A stretch of DNA of 63,902 bases, filler included, from Phoronis australis (Eukaryota; Animalia; Phoronida): the NCBI GenBank assembly GCA_002633005.1. It is 7 parts of 7 records of this genome, joined end to end, with 100 filler letters (N's around TTAATTAATTAA, not from the genome) between each part and the next. Parts side by side here need not be neighbours in the genome. Positions count along the whole stretch, not along the records: positions 37,330 to 41,423 come from NMRA01002702.1; positions 41,524 to 44,090 come from NMRA01003598.1; positions 44,191 to 49,393 come from NMRA01002391.1; positions 49,494 to 62,368 come from NMRA01001614.1; 3 more parts are not named here. One strand, 5' to 3'. The notes under the pieces were generated by a model. It was given only the letters and a program-made list of their open reading frames with translations. It made no database searches and was not told the origin of the DNA. Position numbers and translations under genes: made by a program. Numbering within the stretch: the first letter of the stretch is position 1; each line of letters starts with the position of its first letter. Shown one piece after another: positions 37,414-49,999 of this stretch.

Positions 37414-37901
37414 GTAAGTATACCTGGGTCATAACTTCCCTTACCAATATGATGGTAATAGCCATAAGTCAAGCCACAACTGGACAGATTTTCTTGAAAA
37501 ATTTCCCACAGTGCTGAGCATCAATAGGGCACTTGTCTCATTAGTGTTTTCAACTTTATGGACTTCACAGTTAGAAAATTGTGGTATTTTCACAGTTTGT
37601 TGGCTGTAAATGTAGGTTATGCTCTGTAATATCATTGGTTGTTTTATTTGTGATAAAAAAATTGATGTCCCGCAATCCACTGCAGATATCCCACATATCT
37701 CGAACTGTAAAAAGGTTGTGCTTATCATTGTTTTACCTCAAAATTCCATTGTCCTTAGTCATTGATTCCAATTGAGATTATAGGCAACATTATCTCTGGT
37801 GTGTTGTTATCTTGCAAGGAGTCAGTGTGTTGCAGTAAACAGACAAAGGCATCAATTACTGAAGGGAATAACTTAACATGTATAAACATTGTTTTTTTCA
37901 G

Positions 37902-37928
37902 GTTCAAAGCCAAAGCCACTGAATCTGA
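37902..37928 (+). CDS. 27-nt linker microexon between the Kunitz domains
   Basis: TTTTTTTCAG|GTTCAAAGCCAAAGCCACTGAATCTGA|GTAAGT. Phase 1-1, encoding GSKPKPLNL. Confidence 0.7.
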
Positions 37929-38928
37929 GTAAGTATTTTTCATTTTTTTGAAGTACAGTCATCCAGTCTTTAAAAAAGAACATTGCAGTCATTGTTTGTT
38001 TGACTTGCAGATGTTCGTAGGCATTTATTATTAGAAATTTCTAAAAGAAGTTATGTATGGAGGACCTAGATTGTCAAGTGTGGTCACATACCTCTGATGA
38101 GTTGCGATAGAATTGGACGTTGAGAATCAGTTTTACTGTGTTGCTGTTGCTAAATGTACCCAAATGCTGCATCGGTTTGTACCATTGTCTTGATTCTTCT
38201 GTTGAATTTTTTATGTGAAAATAATTGCCAAAATTGCCATTTCTATGTTTCAATATCTACTTTTGTTCCAAATGATATTGTTTTAACTAGATATTGTTTG
38301 CTATCACTGTACAGTTTAGGTTTTGCAAATAAAAGACTTCTAGTACCATTCTCCTCTGGGTTAATGGCCGCAATCCATTTGACGCCACCCTTTATTTTTG
38401 AATTTCCATTTTACACATCATGTTTGGTTATGCGGCTACCCCTAGTGTATACATTCATTACTTATCCCATATCCTTACATTGAACGCACACCTTTGGAGA
38501 ATTCCGGCTCCCAAAACCTGCACATTTGGCTTACCTGTGTATAGCCAGATGATGTTTTGTTAGGCTGTTGCATGCATATGTTGGAGCTGACATCAATGCA
38601 GTAGTCTGGGTGGTTAACTAAAATTTGTCCTCCGAGTAAACTGTTCTCGACTTCTCAAAAATTTCTTTTTATTAATCCATGCTTGCTCTATCACTTACTC
38701 TCAGATTTTTTAACTCCTCAGTTTAAAGGCCCTTAGAGGTAACGTAGACATGTAAGGTCATGTTGAGAAATTTACACTGTTTGTAAATTTAAACTGTTTT
38801 GTTGCATTGTGTGCCATACAAGTAAAGATTACCGTACCACGTGCTCATGAATTACCTGCAGCCAACTTGTCTCTTATTTCCTGAAGGCCATAGAAAGCAA
38901 CTCTTTAATTCCTTGTGCATTCTTTCAG

Positions 38929-39096
38929 CTATTTGCACCTTGCCAAAAGTTGTGGGTCCGTGCGAAGCGTCCATTCCCTCGTGGCACTATGACCAAACAT
39001 CTGGTTCCTGTAAATCCTTTTCATATGGTGGTTGTGAAGGCAATGAGAATAGATTCTCTACACTTGAGGACTGCCAGTCGGCATGCCCTGCTACTC
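38929..39096 (+). CDS. Complete Kunitz/BPTI domain exon (168 nt) of a multi-Kunitz protein
   Basis: TTTCAG acceptor and GTAAG donor. ICTLPKVVGPCEASIPSWHYDQTSGSCKSFSYGGCEGNENRFSTLEDCQSAC has all six Cys. Confidence 0.95.
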
Positions 39097-40349
39097 GTAA
39101 GCCCATTTTGTATTTGATTCAAGACTTATTGTATTTTATTCAACTGTATGGTATAGCATTGATTCATACTGTATTATTGCACACTATCGATGTACCTCTT
39201 TCTATACTAATAACAAAAAAGTAGTCTAATAACACTGAAATCTGAGCACTCTGCACTTTACATGAATGCTGCTACTTGTTTCGAATGTTACTTCACCAGT
39301 TGCACATGCAGAGTTTGATAATCAGGCACTGTTATTCTTTCTGTCAAGCCTGTCATTGTAGTTTGGGTTTTGCCACAAGTTATTCTATCTTTGTTGTGAT
39401 TAAAATTTTCAACGTGGCATTCATGACACGCGTACTAAAGCAAAACTGAATTAGATTGACCTTCCCACAACAGTCCGGGTGACTTAACTAATTAGCGTAC
39501 AGTTCAGTTTCAGAGTAATTTTGCGTACCTTTAGCAGTACTGAAAGTCTTACCTTAACTAGTCTTCCTCTCACTTGAAGCAGGATTCTAATGAATGTGTT
39601 CCCACACTTCAACTGGCCTAGTGCATGGGGTATTTCTATCACCTAACTTTTTTGCTTCAAGAACTGATTATCACTCGTATAAATCTGAACGCTTAGTTTT
39701 GAATTTGCTGTCTTTTTGAAGAAAACATTCCTGTACATCGGTAGATATATTTGGTTTAACGACCTTTTATGAGTAATGCAGGATAATGCAGAACTTCTCC
39801 TAGTTTTGTTTATTCTGGTAGTAGGTCAGTTCACTTTCTCCAATTCATTTGTTGTGTGATAGAAAATTTCCATGTTGCTGTGGCTGTACTTGATTCACTC
39901 TGCTGGTTCAGGCGGGTCAACCTTCTAATAATTTTGATTGGTTCTTGATGACAACTTCCAGTTTACAAATCAATCATACGACTTAGCTTGTTGAATCAGG
40001 GGTGTGAATCAACTGTAGCGAGTTTGTTTTCCAATGCTTCTGTTTGGCTTCTCAAGTCTTCCCCTTGTTGCACTTCTTGCCTTGTGCGCACACATTTCAA
40101 GCCAAGCTTCCAGTCCACACTTGATGGTATTCAGAACAAACAAAATGAGTTTTCCTACAGTAAATCTGAATGTAAGTTTTATGGACTTGTCAAGTTCCCC
40201 TTTTGCTGATATGACTGTACTTCGGGAGCAAGTTTTCTGTTATACAGAATTTGTTGAATACACGACACTTTTCATTTTTCACGGTCTTTATTCCGTTGCG
40301 TTCATACTGTCTGAACAAAACTCTACTCTCTGCTGAACATAGATACAGT

Positions 40350-41423
40350 AACACTACCAACCTATGTCGCTTGACGCTGAGTCTTTGTTCACCAACGTGC
40401 CGGTGGATGAGACCATTACTATCATTTTGGATAATGTATACCGTCACCCACATTTAAAGCCACCCGACATTTCACCTGCTCATTTGAGAGATTTGTTAAC
40501 CATCTGCACAACCAAAGTACCATTTCGCCATATAAATGGGAAATTGTTTTTGCAAAAAGATGGTGTGAGCATGGGCTCTCCTCTGGGTCCCACTTTCTCG
40601 GAATTTTATATGTCTGAAGTGGAAAAGAGGGCTAGCAATGTGATTGGTGGTATTCCTATCTNCATTGTTTGACGTTTGAACGAAGACATTCGTTCATAGG
40701 GCATACAAATTCATAAACAACACTACACTGTGCAACGGACAGAAACCTTTATCAGTAGCCCACTGATAAAGGTTTCTGTCTCCACGCCAAAAGTGAGTGC
40801 CCTGAGCGGTATAAGGTCGCCGTTGTGGTCAACTTCCTAAAGAGGGCGTATTCGGTGTCGTCTAACTGGCTATTGTTCAATCAAGAGGTTGATCGCATAA
40901 GACAAACACTGGTGAATAATGGGTATACCAATGCTTTCGTGGACTTCCATATTAAGCGATTTATGTCCAGAATTAGTTATGAAGTCCCTGCACGTCGGAC
41001 TGGCGTCACCAAAAAGATATTTTACAAAAATGTCATGTCTAATAATTACCTCCAGGACGAACACGCCATTAAGAAAATCATAAGGGACAACGTTAAAGTT
41101 TGTAAGCCTCATGATTACCTTGATGTTATTATTTATTATCGGAAAAGGAAGTCCTCCAACTTGGTCATGAAAAATAACATTTCTAAAGCGAAAGTCCGCC
41201 CCGTTGCAGTGTAGTGTTGTTTATGAATTTGTATGCCCTATGAACGAATGTCTTCGTTCAAACGTCAAACAATGTTACATTGGTCAAACGGTTTGCAGTC
41301 TTTCCCGTCGGTTATCCATGCATCTTCAAAATGGCGCCATTCAAGACCATTTTGTGCAATACCACGCACGTAAAATCACCCGTCAAGAAATTGTGGAAAA
41401 CACGTCAATTCGCTACGTGGAGC
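40350..41423 (+). mobile_element. Penelope-like retroelement (RT plus GIY-YIG), fragmented
   Basis: SLDAESLFTNVP, QKDGVSMGSPLGPTF, PTDKGFCL..CPERYK, LVNNGY and VVYEFVCP..C..YIGQT..LSRRLSMH. Confidence 0.92.
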
Positions 41424-43192
41424 NNNNNNNNNNNNNNNNNNNNNNNNNNNNNNNNNNNNNNNNNNNNTTAATTAATTAANNNNNNNNNNNNNNNNNNNNN
41501 NNNNNNNNNNNNNNNNNNNNNNNCGTAGGTGGAGAGCCCGGGCCCCCTGCCCCTCCCTAAATTTGCCATTGCGATAAAACAAAAACTTTATTTAAAAACG
41601 TCAACGATTATAAGGATTTTATTTTTTAAAGTTTGGATAACCATCACCATCTAATACGTTTTAGCACCTGTTTTACAAAACGAGTAGGGGAACGATTTCC
41701 AACTGTTTTATGTGCCGTTCACACACAGACCTTCTGGAACGAGTTGTCGCTAGGTTTAAGGGCTGTATAGATGCTATTTCAACTAGCGCAACTTGCCCCT
41801 CTTTTAACAGCTTATTGCACTTTATCGAGGTAGGGTAACTTGTTCTAGGATATTTTGCGCCACGTTTAATCGGTGTGCGACCGCAAAAGTAGGGCAAGGT
41901 GAATATAATTATCAGCTGCGGTTACATAACAGACAAGTCTTTTTTGTGCCCCGTATTCGCATCAGATGTTGATTGTCATGCGTAGAGCGATAATTAACTT
42001 CCGCTTGTACCTGTTATGTGTGTGTATCGACCCGGCATCCACTTAAAAATGCGGTAAGTTTCACTAGTGCATGATGCTTTTGGGTACATGTAGGCTATGC
42101 TTGTGGATTGAACTTATAACCTGTAGATTTGTTGAAACTCTGCATATAAATTTCTGCCATTGATTTTAATAGCAGACATCAGACTCTGATCTGACAACAT
42201 CCTGAAACCAAGTTATTGAGAATGATTTTAGAGTAATGTTTTTTTCAGACTAACACAAGTTCAGCGGATTGTTAAATAAGCACAGTCATAATGATTTACA
42301 GTGTGCTCTCAACATGGATAACGTTCCGCCCATAATTAATAGGGCAGTTTATCTGCAAATTACTTAATTTTCTCCGTCGCAGCCAACTGGCCATTTACAT
42401 ACCTATCACATGATATTTCGGTTGTTTGGAGACGGTCGCTTTAAAGTATAATGTGCACCAACAAAATATACCAGTAGTCAAAGATAAGTCATTTTATCCA
42501 AAATTGCCGCATTTTACAATCAAGGAGGGCACCCAGGTATAAACCAGTGATTTGTTTGGTGTCATTTTAACCCTGATCAAACAAAACGTGATTTTAGATT
42601 GTTAAACCTCCACCTTGTCGCTCGTTAGCTGTAACATAATAAGGGGATCACAACTAATAAGTAAATATGTCGACACAAAGCCGTTCTTGAGCGGTTCATT
42701 GATTTTGGCAATGACGACATGCACAAAAAGCTGCTGGTTCGTCTTCACAATAGGATGATGGCCAGCCTGTCTCCGTTAACAAAGACAGTTTCGCTCAGAT
42801 AACCCTCATTGAGAGTCAATGTTCTATTGATAGAGTGTGACCTAGACTGCTTTTGTTCAGTTTAGGCCACACTCACAAGGGAAACAAGTTCCATGTATGT
42901 TGCGTGGCGCTTTCTCGCAAAAACTGATATTGTATTTTTCGCAAGAAACTTCATCTACAGAGCCGTCAGAGTGCAAGTGTCAGGCCAGATGCAAATGTAG
43001 CTCTATTCTTTTGTTTGTCGCTAAAATAGATATTAGCTAGTGATGTATTTCGTACTCAGTTAAGTACCTGACCCGGTCGTAGAAATTCAACGTGCGGGAT
43101 AACAGGCGGCAGCAGAGAGTGCATGTTTCACCACAGACGGTCGATCTTGAACAGTGTTGGTTGAGCAGTAAATAGTCGTGTTCAGTATCGAT

Positions 43193-43576
43193 ATGCCCCG
43201 TCCCGTCGATAACCAGAGCCGAGCTTTTGAGATGACGCCAGTCACTGGTGGTGCAGAAAGCGGGCTGTTCCCGGAAACAAAAGGGTGTGGCGAGTCAGAA
43301 AGGTTTGAAACCGTGCTCGATGAAATAGGAAGCTGTGGCGTGTTTCAGAAGTTATTATGTATTCTCATTAATTTGTCAGATGCCACGTGCGCCTTTGGCC
43401 TGACGATTATGATTGTCGCAGGGGCCACGCCCTCCTGGCAGTGTGGTGTGAACGGCAATGCTACATATAATGCCGTCCCTAATGCAACAAACATCAGTTC
43501 ACAGTATTGTCCTACAGACGGCAGTCTTTGTTCAAATCTGACCTTCGATGATGAATTCACGTCTATCATTTCTGAG
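43193..43576 (+). CDS. First coding exon of an SLC22 (organic cation/anion transporter)-like MFS protein
   Basis: FETVLDEIGSCGVFQ motif, TM1, a Cys/N-glycosylation-rich loop, and an end at FTSIISE|GTGAGT just before the expected W/FDLVC. The remainder lies beyond the contig end. Confidence 0.9.
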
Positions 43577-44297
43577 GTGAGTTACAAATCTACTACTGTG
43601 ATGCGGCTATAGCTAATCGTGCATTTAGTGTGAGGCCCGTAGGATTGTAAATATTGTAGAGGGGTAAATTAAAAACTAATATATCTTTCCTAAAATGTTG
43701 CCCTGGTGGGACCAATTTTCAGATTGACTTGCGTTCTTCCGGGGAAAATTTCACGAATCTAAGTCAAAATACACAACGGAAACGCAAATTTGCTTAAAGT
43801 TGTATTTCAGGTTAGCAAACGTTATCTAGTGCACTTTGCAATTCAGAGTCAGATGATGAAGATTAACTCAAATTTCACCCTGCATCGAAGTTCAGTTTAG
43901 AACATCATAATTTTTCAAGATTAGCTTTTTATTTAAACGAAACCGTCAATATAATCAATCCATCTTCGTAAGTGTATCAACATGTAGTACACGAAAAACC
44001 AATGATCGCTTGCAAGTCATTAGACAAGAATAAATGTATTTTACATAAGGTGCCGTCACGTGGCAACATTATTAAGAAGTGTTAAAGGCANNNNNNNNNN
44101 NNNNNNNNNNNNNNNNNNNNNNNNNNNNNNNNNNTTAATTAATTAANNNNNNNNNNNNNNNNNNNNNNNNNNNNNNNNNNNNNNNNNNNNCAATTACAAC
44201 AAAATGACATGATATCCCTGTTTTTTGCCTTCTCGTCTCCATGATTATGTGGAAAAGTTTTACATATTCAATCAATTCCTCCCACAATGCAACATAC

Positions 44298-44403
44298 CTT
44301 TCCTGCCAGGTTTCAGTTCACCGTCTGCTTCATAGAATTCTCGAATGTTAACCATCTTCTTTCCCCTGAACTCATTCACAGTCACGAATCTCATTTTTGA
44401 CAA
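44298..44403 (-). CDS. SUB1: PC4/SUB1 transcriptional coactivator, coding exon 3 (ssDNA-binding domain)
   Basis: TTGCAG|LSKMRFVTVNEFRGKKMVNIREFYEADGELKPGRKG|GTATGT. The last exon is missing (contig end). Confidence 0.95.
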
Positions 44404-45911
44404 CTGCAACATAAAATTAATTTTGACCATATTTGTCTTTTGTCAGTTACAATCTCTCTATTTTTAGCTGGAGATTTGAAAACAGGATTTAGCAGCGAGT
44501 TGGTCTGTAAATAGGGCGTGGCAAATACATGTACGGTAGTTTATAAAATAAGTTGACTTTATCTGGCCTCAGATAAGGTATGGCGAAAATCCGGAAAGGA
44601 AACGGACAAAATAACAACAAATTACTTCGAAATTTTGCTGAATTTTAACAAGAAGTCATGTAATAACACGACCTTTTTTGAAATGAACTTTAATTATACC
44701 AATCAGACCAAATAAAACATTCACTTGAACAAAACAGACTACACATTGACAAGTAATATTCAGGCATGTTGGAAAGTGCTTATTTATCAATAGTGGGTTA
44801 CAAGTAAAATTTAAAGTTAAGTAGGACCCAAAGAAAATGTCCAAACTCGACACATACATCTCAAAACTGGCTGATCGGATTCAAATGAAACTTAAAACAA
44901 TATTTATTTAAAAACTCAAAGACTGCATAACGAAAACTGAAACTGTTTTTGAGATTTTTTCAACATTTTTATCGAATGAAATTTGATCATGTTATTGATA
45001 CCACTGTTTTGCAGTGAATATAAATTACCGTTACCCTAAATTGGACAAAAACGCATGGTTACGTAACTCCATCAAAGTCGAATGATTTGGTATAAAGTCA
45101 AAAAAACTTATTTTACAGGCTTTCTACGTTTTCAGAAAACATATTACTTTTACTGACAGAGTTAAAATCAATAGTTCAGCAGAAAATTGGCTAAATACAC
45201 AATCCTGTTGATTATGAGCTATTGTGAGATGCCAACGCAATTTCGCTAATTTTTGTATTTCATTCCAGTATTAGACTCAAATTTTATCTGTTTTCTCAAC
45301 TGGATGTCTCAAAATTTTCATGCTTTTATAAGCTATTTGTGTTACATAACCTTAATTTACTTAATTGCCTTATAATGATAATGAAGACTTCATCTGTTTG
45401 ATTTATCTTGTACCATCAATCAGACCCTAACCCTGTCTTCGCTGGAGTTGAGCAGAAATCTGATTTACATACCTCTGGCTAAGAAAAGTCTAACAATCAT
45501 GATTTCTCAAAAACTATTAAATGTCATTAGGATTATTGATTAATTGCAAGTCTTGTTTCTGTCACTAAGTTTAATCCACTCTCCCTCACAGTAGAATGTA
45601 AAAGCCTATACAAAGGTTTCAGTTGAATCAATCCTTTACACGACTGTGCTGACCCCATGCCAACAAACCATCTAATGGACGGCCTACTCACGTTCACCTG
45701 CGGTGCATTCCGTAAAGCGAGTTGCCTCAGGGCTTGGTCAGACCATGCAAGATCACCTTAGATCAAGGTGAGTGTTTGCTTGCAAACGTCCACCACTGAA
45801 ATGATTGGTCGGCGATACATGAACATTGAGTCACATTTATCTCTGCAACACTAGATGGAGCTCTTGCCACAGGTGTCTTGCATTGTGAAATGAGTCCAAC
45901 TAATCACTTAC

Positions 45912-46025
45912 CTGGAACATTACATTTCCATCAGGATCTCTCTTTTGTTTCTTTTTCGGCTCAGATGCTTGGGACTTTGATGGTTTCTCCTCTTCCTGTT
46001 TCTGTTTCTTCTTCTTAGCCTTGGG
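45912..46025 (-). CDS. SUB1: PC4/SUB1 coding exon 2 (lysine-rich region)
   Basis: AG|PKAKKKKQKQEEEKPSKSQASEPKKKQKRDPDGNVMFQ|GTAAGT, in frame with both neighbouring exons. Confidence 0.9.
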
Positions 46026-46600
46026 CTTCAAGCAGAAATTACCTCAAAATGAATGCTAGATTAATTAGAAGCACTTAACCTTTTTTGCATTGATAGCACT
46101 TGCCAGCAAAAGGCCAGGTTAGGGCCTTGGCCCATATGCATATAAAAGAATTTCATATAACTTGGCAGCAGTGCTTCTCTGGTGCAGAAAAAAATTGTAT
46201 GAAGATGTTGTCCAGTAATCATTGCTGTGTCGTTTTCATTGAACTCTGGGTATAAAACGAGCATTATGCAACTTGTCACTAAGGGCAGAGGCATGGACCA
46301 TCAAATTCAAAAGGTTTATTTGAGCTGCAAGTTCCAGTGTTTTCATTAGTTTTCCACAAATGATTCATGTTTGGTTCGCGCCAGCACCAGTCAGGTAAAA
46401 ATGCAGCTCTGAGAGTACAGCTAGTACCCGTACTTGTTACAAACACAAATAAAATGATATGATGTAATAGTGATGAAAACACATCGCATGTATCAATTTC
46501 AAAACATTAGACGCTAGCGAAGACATTCCAATACTCTAAGGACACAAATTTACATTGAAGGTAAAACTTAATTGTGTCAGAAGACAATTGCTAAATACAC

Positions 46601-46666
46601 CTCCTCAAATGAAGAATCGCTGTCACTCCCCGAGTCGGACTCTACAAACTCTTTGGATTTTGGCAT
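46601..46666 (-). CDS. SUB1: PC4/SUB1 coding exon 1
   Basis: MPKSKEFVESDSGSDSDSSFEE|GT. An upstream acceptor at 46689 implies a non-coding first exon (candidate donor GTGAGT near 47002). Confidence 0.92.
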
Positions 46667-47259
46667 CTTTATCGCAGGAGACTGGTGACTGCAATTAGAA
46701 AAAGACAGTAAAAATACAACATACACTGTCACAGGTGATGAGATAAATAATTAAGAAGATAATGCACTAAAGCCAAGGGCAAGGTCAAGGTGTGCCACAC
46801 ATTACCGTATCATTACATTTGATTTAGAGACTGAGTGAGAGTGCGAAATGAAAAAAAAATCTAATTGTAAGATGCGGATATCAGCATCAGCAGAAAACAG
46901 AACCACACTAGTCTGAGCTCGAACAAATATTTCCCAACAAAATCAAACTGTTTTTAACAGTCCTTCGTTCAGTTGCCCAAGTGACAATGAAAACTCACTC
47001 ACCCTTTCTCTTTCTTGCCGAGTTGAGTTAGTTCATAAATTTACCGCTTGGTAAACTACTGTCAATCAGGTTTTTGCAGTTATTGTAAAGGTAAAACAAG
47101 GATGTATTTGTCTTTTTAAAACACAAAAGCGCCAAAGATTAGAATACAGCATAGTGTATAATATTTGCAGCATACCACTCGCTGGGAAAATTAAAATTAC
47201 TGTTGGGGTATATTTCCGAACAGTACGACAACATATCAAAATAAGGTAACCTGTATTTT

Positions 47260-47267
47260 CCGGAAGT
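47260..47267. promoter_or_regulatory. ETS-type motif CCGGAAGT in the likely SUB1 promoter region
   Basis: Perfect ETS core lying upstream of the candidate 5' UTR exon. Motif match only. Confidence 0.3.
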
Positions 47268-47844
47268 GGTTTTAGTCGCTGGAAAAGTCAAGCGCACGAA
47301 TTTAGTGCTGGGCCGAAAGGCGCCGAAAAAATCAAAATGACGCGTATGTATTCGAAAATGGCACTCCTTTTCAAGTTAAAGATGCTTTAAAGTCTTCCTT
47401 TTTTGATATTTTGACAGCATTTTTACCGAAAAGCTCGTGGTTAGTTTTATTCCAAACGAGTCTGATCTGAATCGAGAGGTGTCACAAAAAAAATAAAATT
47501 TTGTTTTCGACACCGTTAACCAAGGTACACTTACACGACTTTTTGGAGGTTTAATACGTGTAAGGCATTCGCCGAAAAGCGAGGGTCTATAAAATTATTA
47601 CTATCTTTACTGGGGGCCAGTTCAGCCGGCTGTACTGTCTCTCAGGATACATTAAATTGTATGATTGTTAACAATATGACGACATTGTCGACATTGACCT
47701 ACACACATGTGTCAGACGATTGTCTGTGTGGGTTTGTTTAAAAGGTAGCTATGCTTTGAAGTTGTGCGTAGATGGATAGTGAATAATCAAATCCAGTAAT
47801 TAATTTATTATATGATAACCCCTAATTAGACAAATGAAACCTAT

Positions 47845-47985
47845 TGTTAATTAATAATCAACTACAAAGAGAAACTACGCTAGCGCCCTCTTTAAAGATT
47901 ACTTTAATCAAACAACCAAACGATCAAATGTCTTATCTGCTATCCAAGCTAGGACTCTCCACTTGTTGGATGTCTGTCCTGTTGG
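47845..47985 (-). mobile_element. Fragment homologous to the 3' end of the putative LTR at 20115-20682
   Basis: Shared CAACAAGTGGAGAGTCCTA..GCTTGGATAGCAGAT and GTAATCTTTAAAGAG.GCGCT, ending in TAACA. Confidence 0.7.
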
Positions 47986-48138
47986 NNNNNNNNNNNNNNN
48001 NNNNNNNNNNNNNNNNNNNNNNNNNNNNNNNNNNNNNNNNNNNNNNNNNNNNNNNNNNNNNNNNNNNNNNNNNNNNNNNNNNNNNNNNNNNNNNNNNNNN
48101 NNNNNNNNNNNNNNNNNNNNNNNNNNNNNNNNNNNNNN

Positions 48139-48357
48139 TAACGACCGTAGGCAGAGGTCAGTGTGATTGTAACGACCGTAGGCAGAGGTCAGTGTGAACG
48201 TAACTACCGTAGGCAGAGGTCAGTGTGATCATAACGACCGTAGGCAGAGGTCAGTGTGATTGTAACGACCGTAGGCAGAGGTCAGTGTGAATGTAATGAC
48301 CGTAGGCAGAGGTCAGTGTGATTGTAACAACCGTAGGCAGAGGTCAGTGTGATCGTA
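48139..48357. repeat. 31-bp minisatellite, ~7 visible copies
   Basis: Unit AACGACCGTAGGCAGAGGTCAGTGTGATTGT. Confidence 0.97.
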
Positions 48358-49999
48358 AACCTCATTTAACTTTTTTACTGTTCAGTTGAGTTGAGGTGGG
48401 AAGAGTGAATGTGAGAGTGTTTTTTTCTCTCACTTTTGATGTTAAAAGTTTTATTATTGTTAAAGTAAGTTATTGTTAAAAATGGACCATAGACATAGGT
48501 AAGTGTAGGTGTAAATTGGATGTTTTTTTCTGAAAAGTACACAAGAAAGGAAGCATGGAAAAATGACCCAGAAATCCTCATCTCTACCATAATGCAATAT
48601 TGTCTTGACAGACCATCCCAAGTGGTCGCCTCATCTTCTTGGGATGGCTGGAAGTCCTGAATAAGTCGCAGTAACGTTTGTTCGGTGGATGCCGTGAGGC
48701 TGCATGTCATATGCATTAAAATAATTGCAGTGATTTAGCAGGAATGGTGATATCAAAAAAGAAATCAAAAAGCTGGTGTGATATCTCAATCTGAGTTATA
48801 TGTAATCTGTTGCTGGGAGTACATGTTTGCACGTCGTCATTTAGCGACTCCAAATTATACCATGCCATCACAAAATCAAAAATACTGGTTATTGGAAACA
48901 AGTGAGTCACTCTGAACAAAATGTTCCAACAGGTCACACCAGGTCACGGAGTGAACAGCTCGTGTAGTTTCATGTGAAAACTGTCTACATAAATTGATGT
49001 TTTTGTCTTCTTTTTTTATCGTTCAATGAACTCTACCTGTCAGCTGAACTTCCTGATGAGTAGCCCATGTTAAAGCTTTGTTTGCATTGCATTGATATAG
49101 AAGAATATCCAGAGTGTCTGTGAGTCAAAAAGCGATATAAATTGCCACAGACCTTCCAACACTAGTTGGTTCTGGTGTGTTTGCTAAACTGTGCTCAACA
49201 ACTAAAAAGAAAATAAAAAAATGCCCGTCGACATCAATTTCAGCCAAGGGTGGGTGTTTTTCGAGAAGCCAGTAAGGGTTAGCAAAATTTGAAAGCACTG
49301 TGATTTGGCAAGCAGTGAGTAAAAAAACAAATTCCGCATCATTTCTGCTTTTCTTGGGTTGATTTTCTTGTTGAAAAAGTGAGTGACTAAAAGNNNNNNN
49401 NNNNNNNNNNNNNNNNNNNNNNNNNNNNNNNNNNNNNTTAATTAATTAANNNNNNNNNNNNNNNNNNNNNNNNNNNNNNNNNNNNNNNNNNNNCATATTT
49501 TAATTCAGATATTAAATAAGACTTGGGTACAAAGGTTATTAGTTTCTACACATAAACATGAAGATGAAAAGTCAAGTATGTTCTGCCTTACAAAAGTAGT
49601 TTTTTCTTGTCTTTTCTTTTACAATTTGCTAATATTTCTATTCTGTTACAGGCAAGAAAAAACAACTGAAACCAACCACCTGACAATCTATTTCACCGTT
49701 GGACAAAGTGAAAAGCAATCCTTCAGCAATAACCTGAGAGAATTGAACGTAATTCAGAAATTCAGCACCTGATATGCCTGATTATGGACTCCCTCGCAAT
49801 GTTGTTTCTTTCTGTGCTTTTTCAGTTGCCATTTGTTTTTAAATACACTGATAATTGTTTATTCTCGAATCTTGTGCATAGCAGATTCTTATCCAGCTAG
49901 CTACAATTGAAAACATACAATAAGACAATCGATGCAGTCGCTGAATGTCATTTCCCCATAATCTGTACCAAATTGAAAAGTTTTTACCAATAGTATAAA

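Noticed and set aside
43193-46666. Convergent or overlapping SLC22 and SUB1 genes
   Set aside because: They are separated by an artificial spacer, so they lie on different contigs.
48139-48357. CRISPR-like repeat
   Set aside because: The units are head-to-tail 31-bp repeats without unique spacers, there are no cas genes, and the context is eukaryotic.
48375-48937. Minus-strand ORFs of 113 and 73 aa
   Set aside because: No recognisable domain or convincing splice structure.
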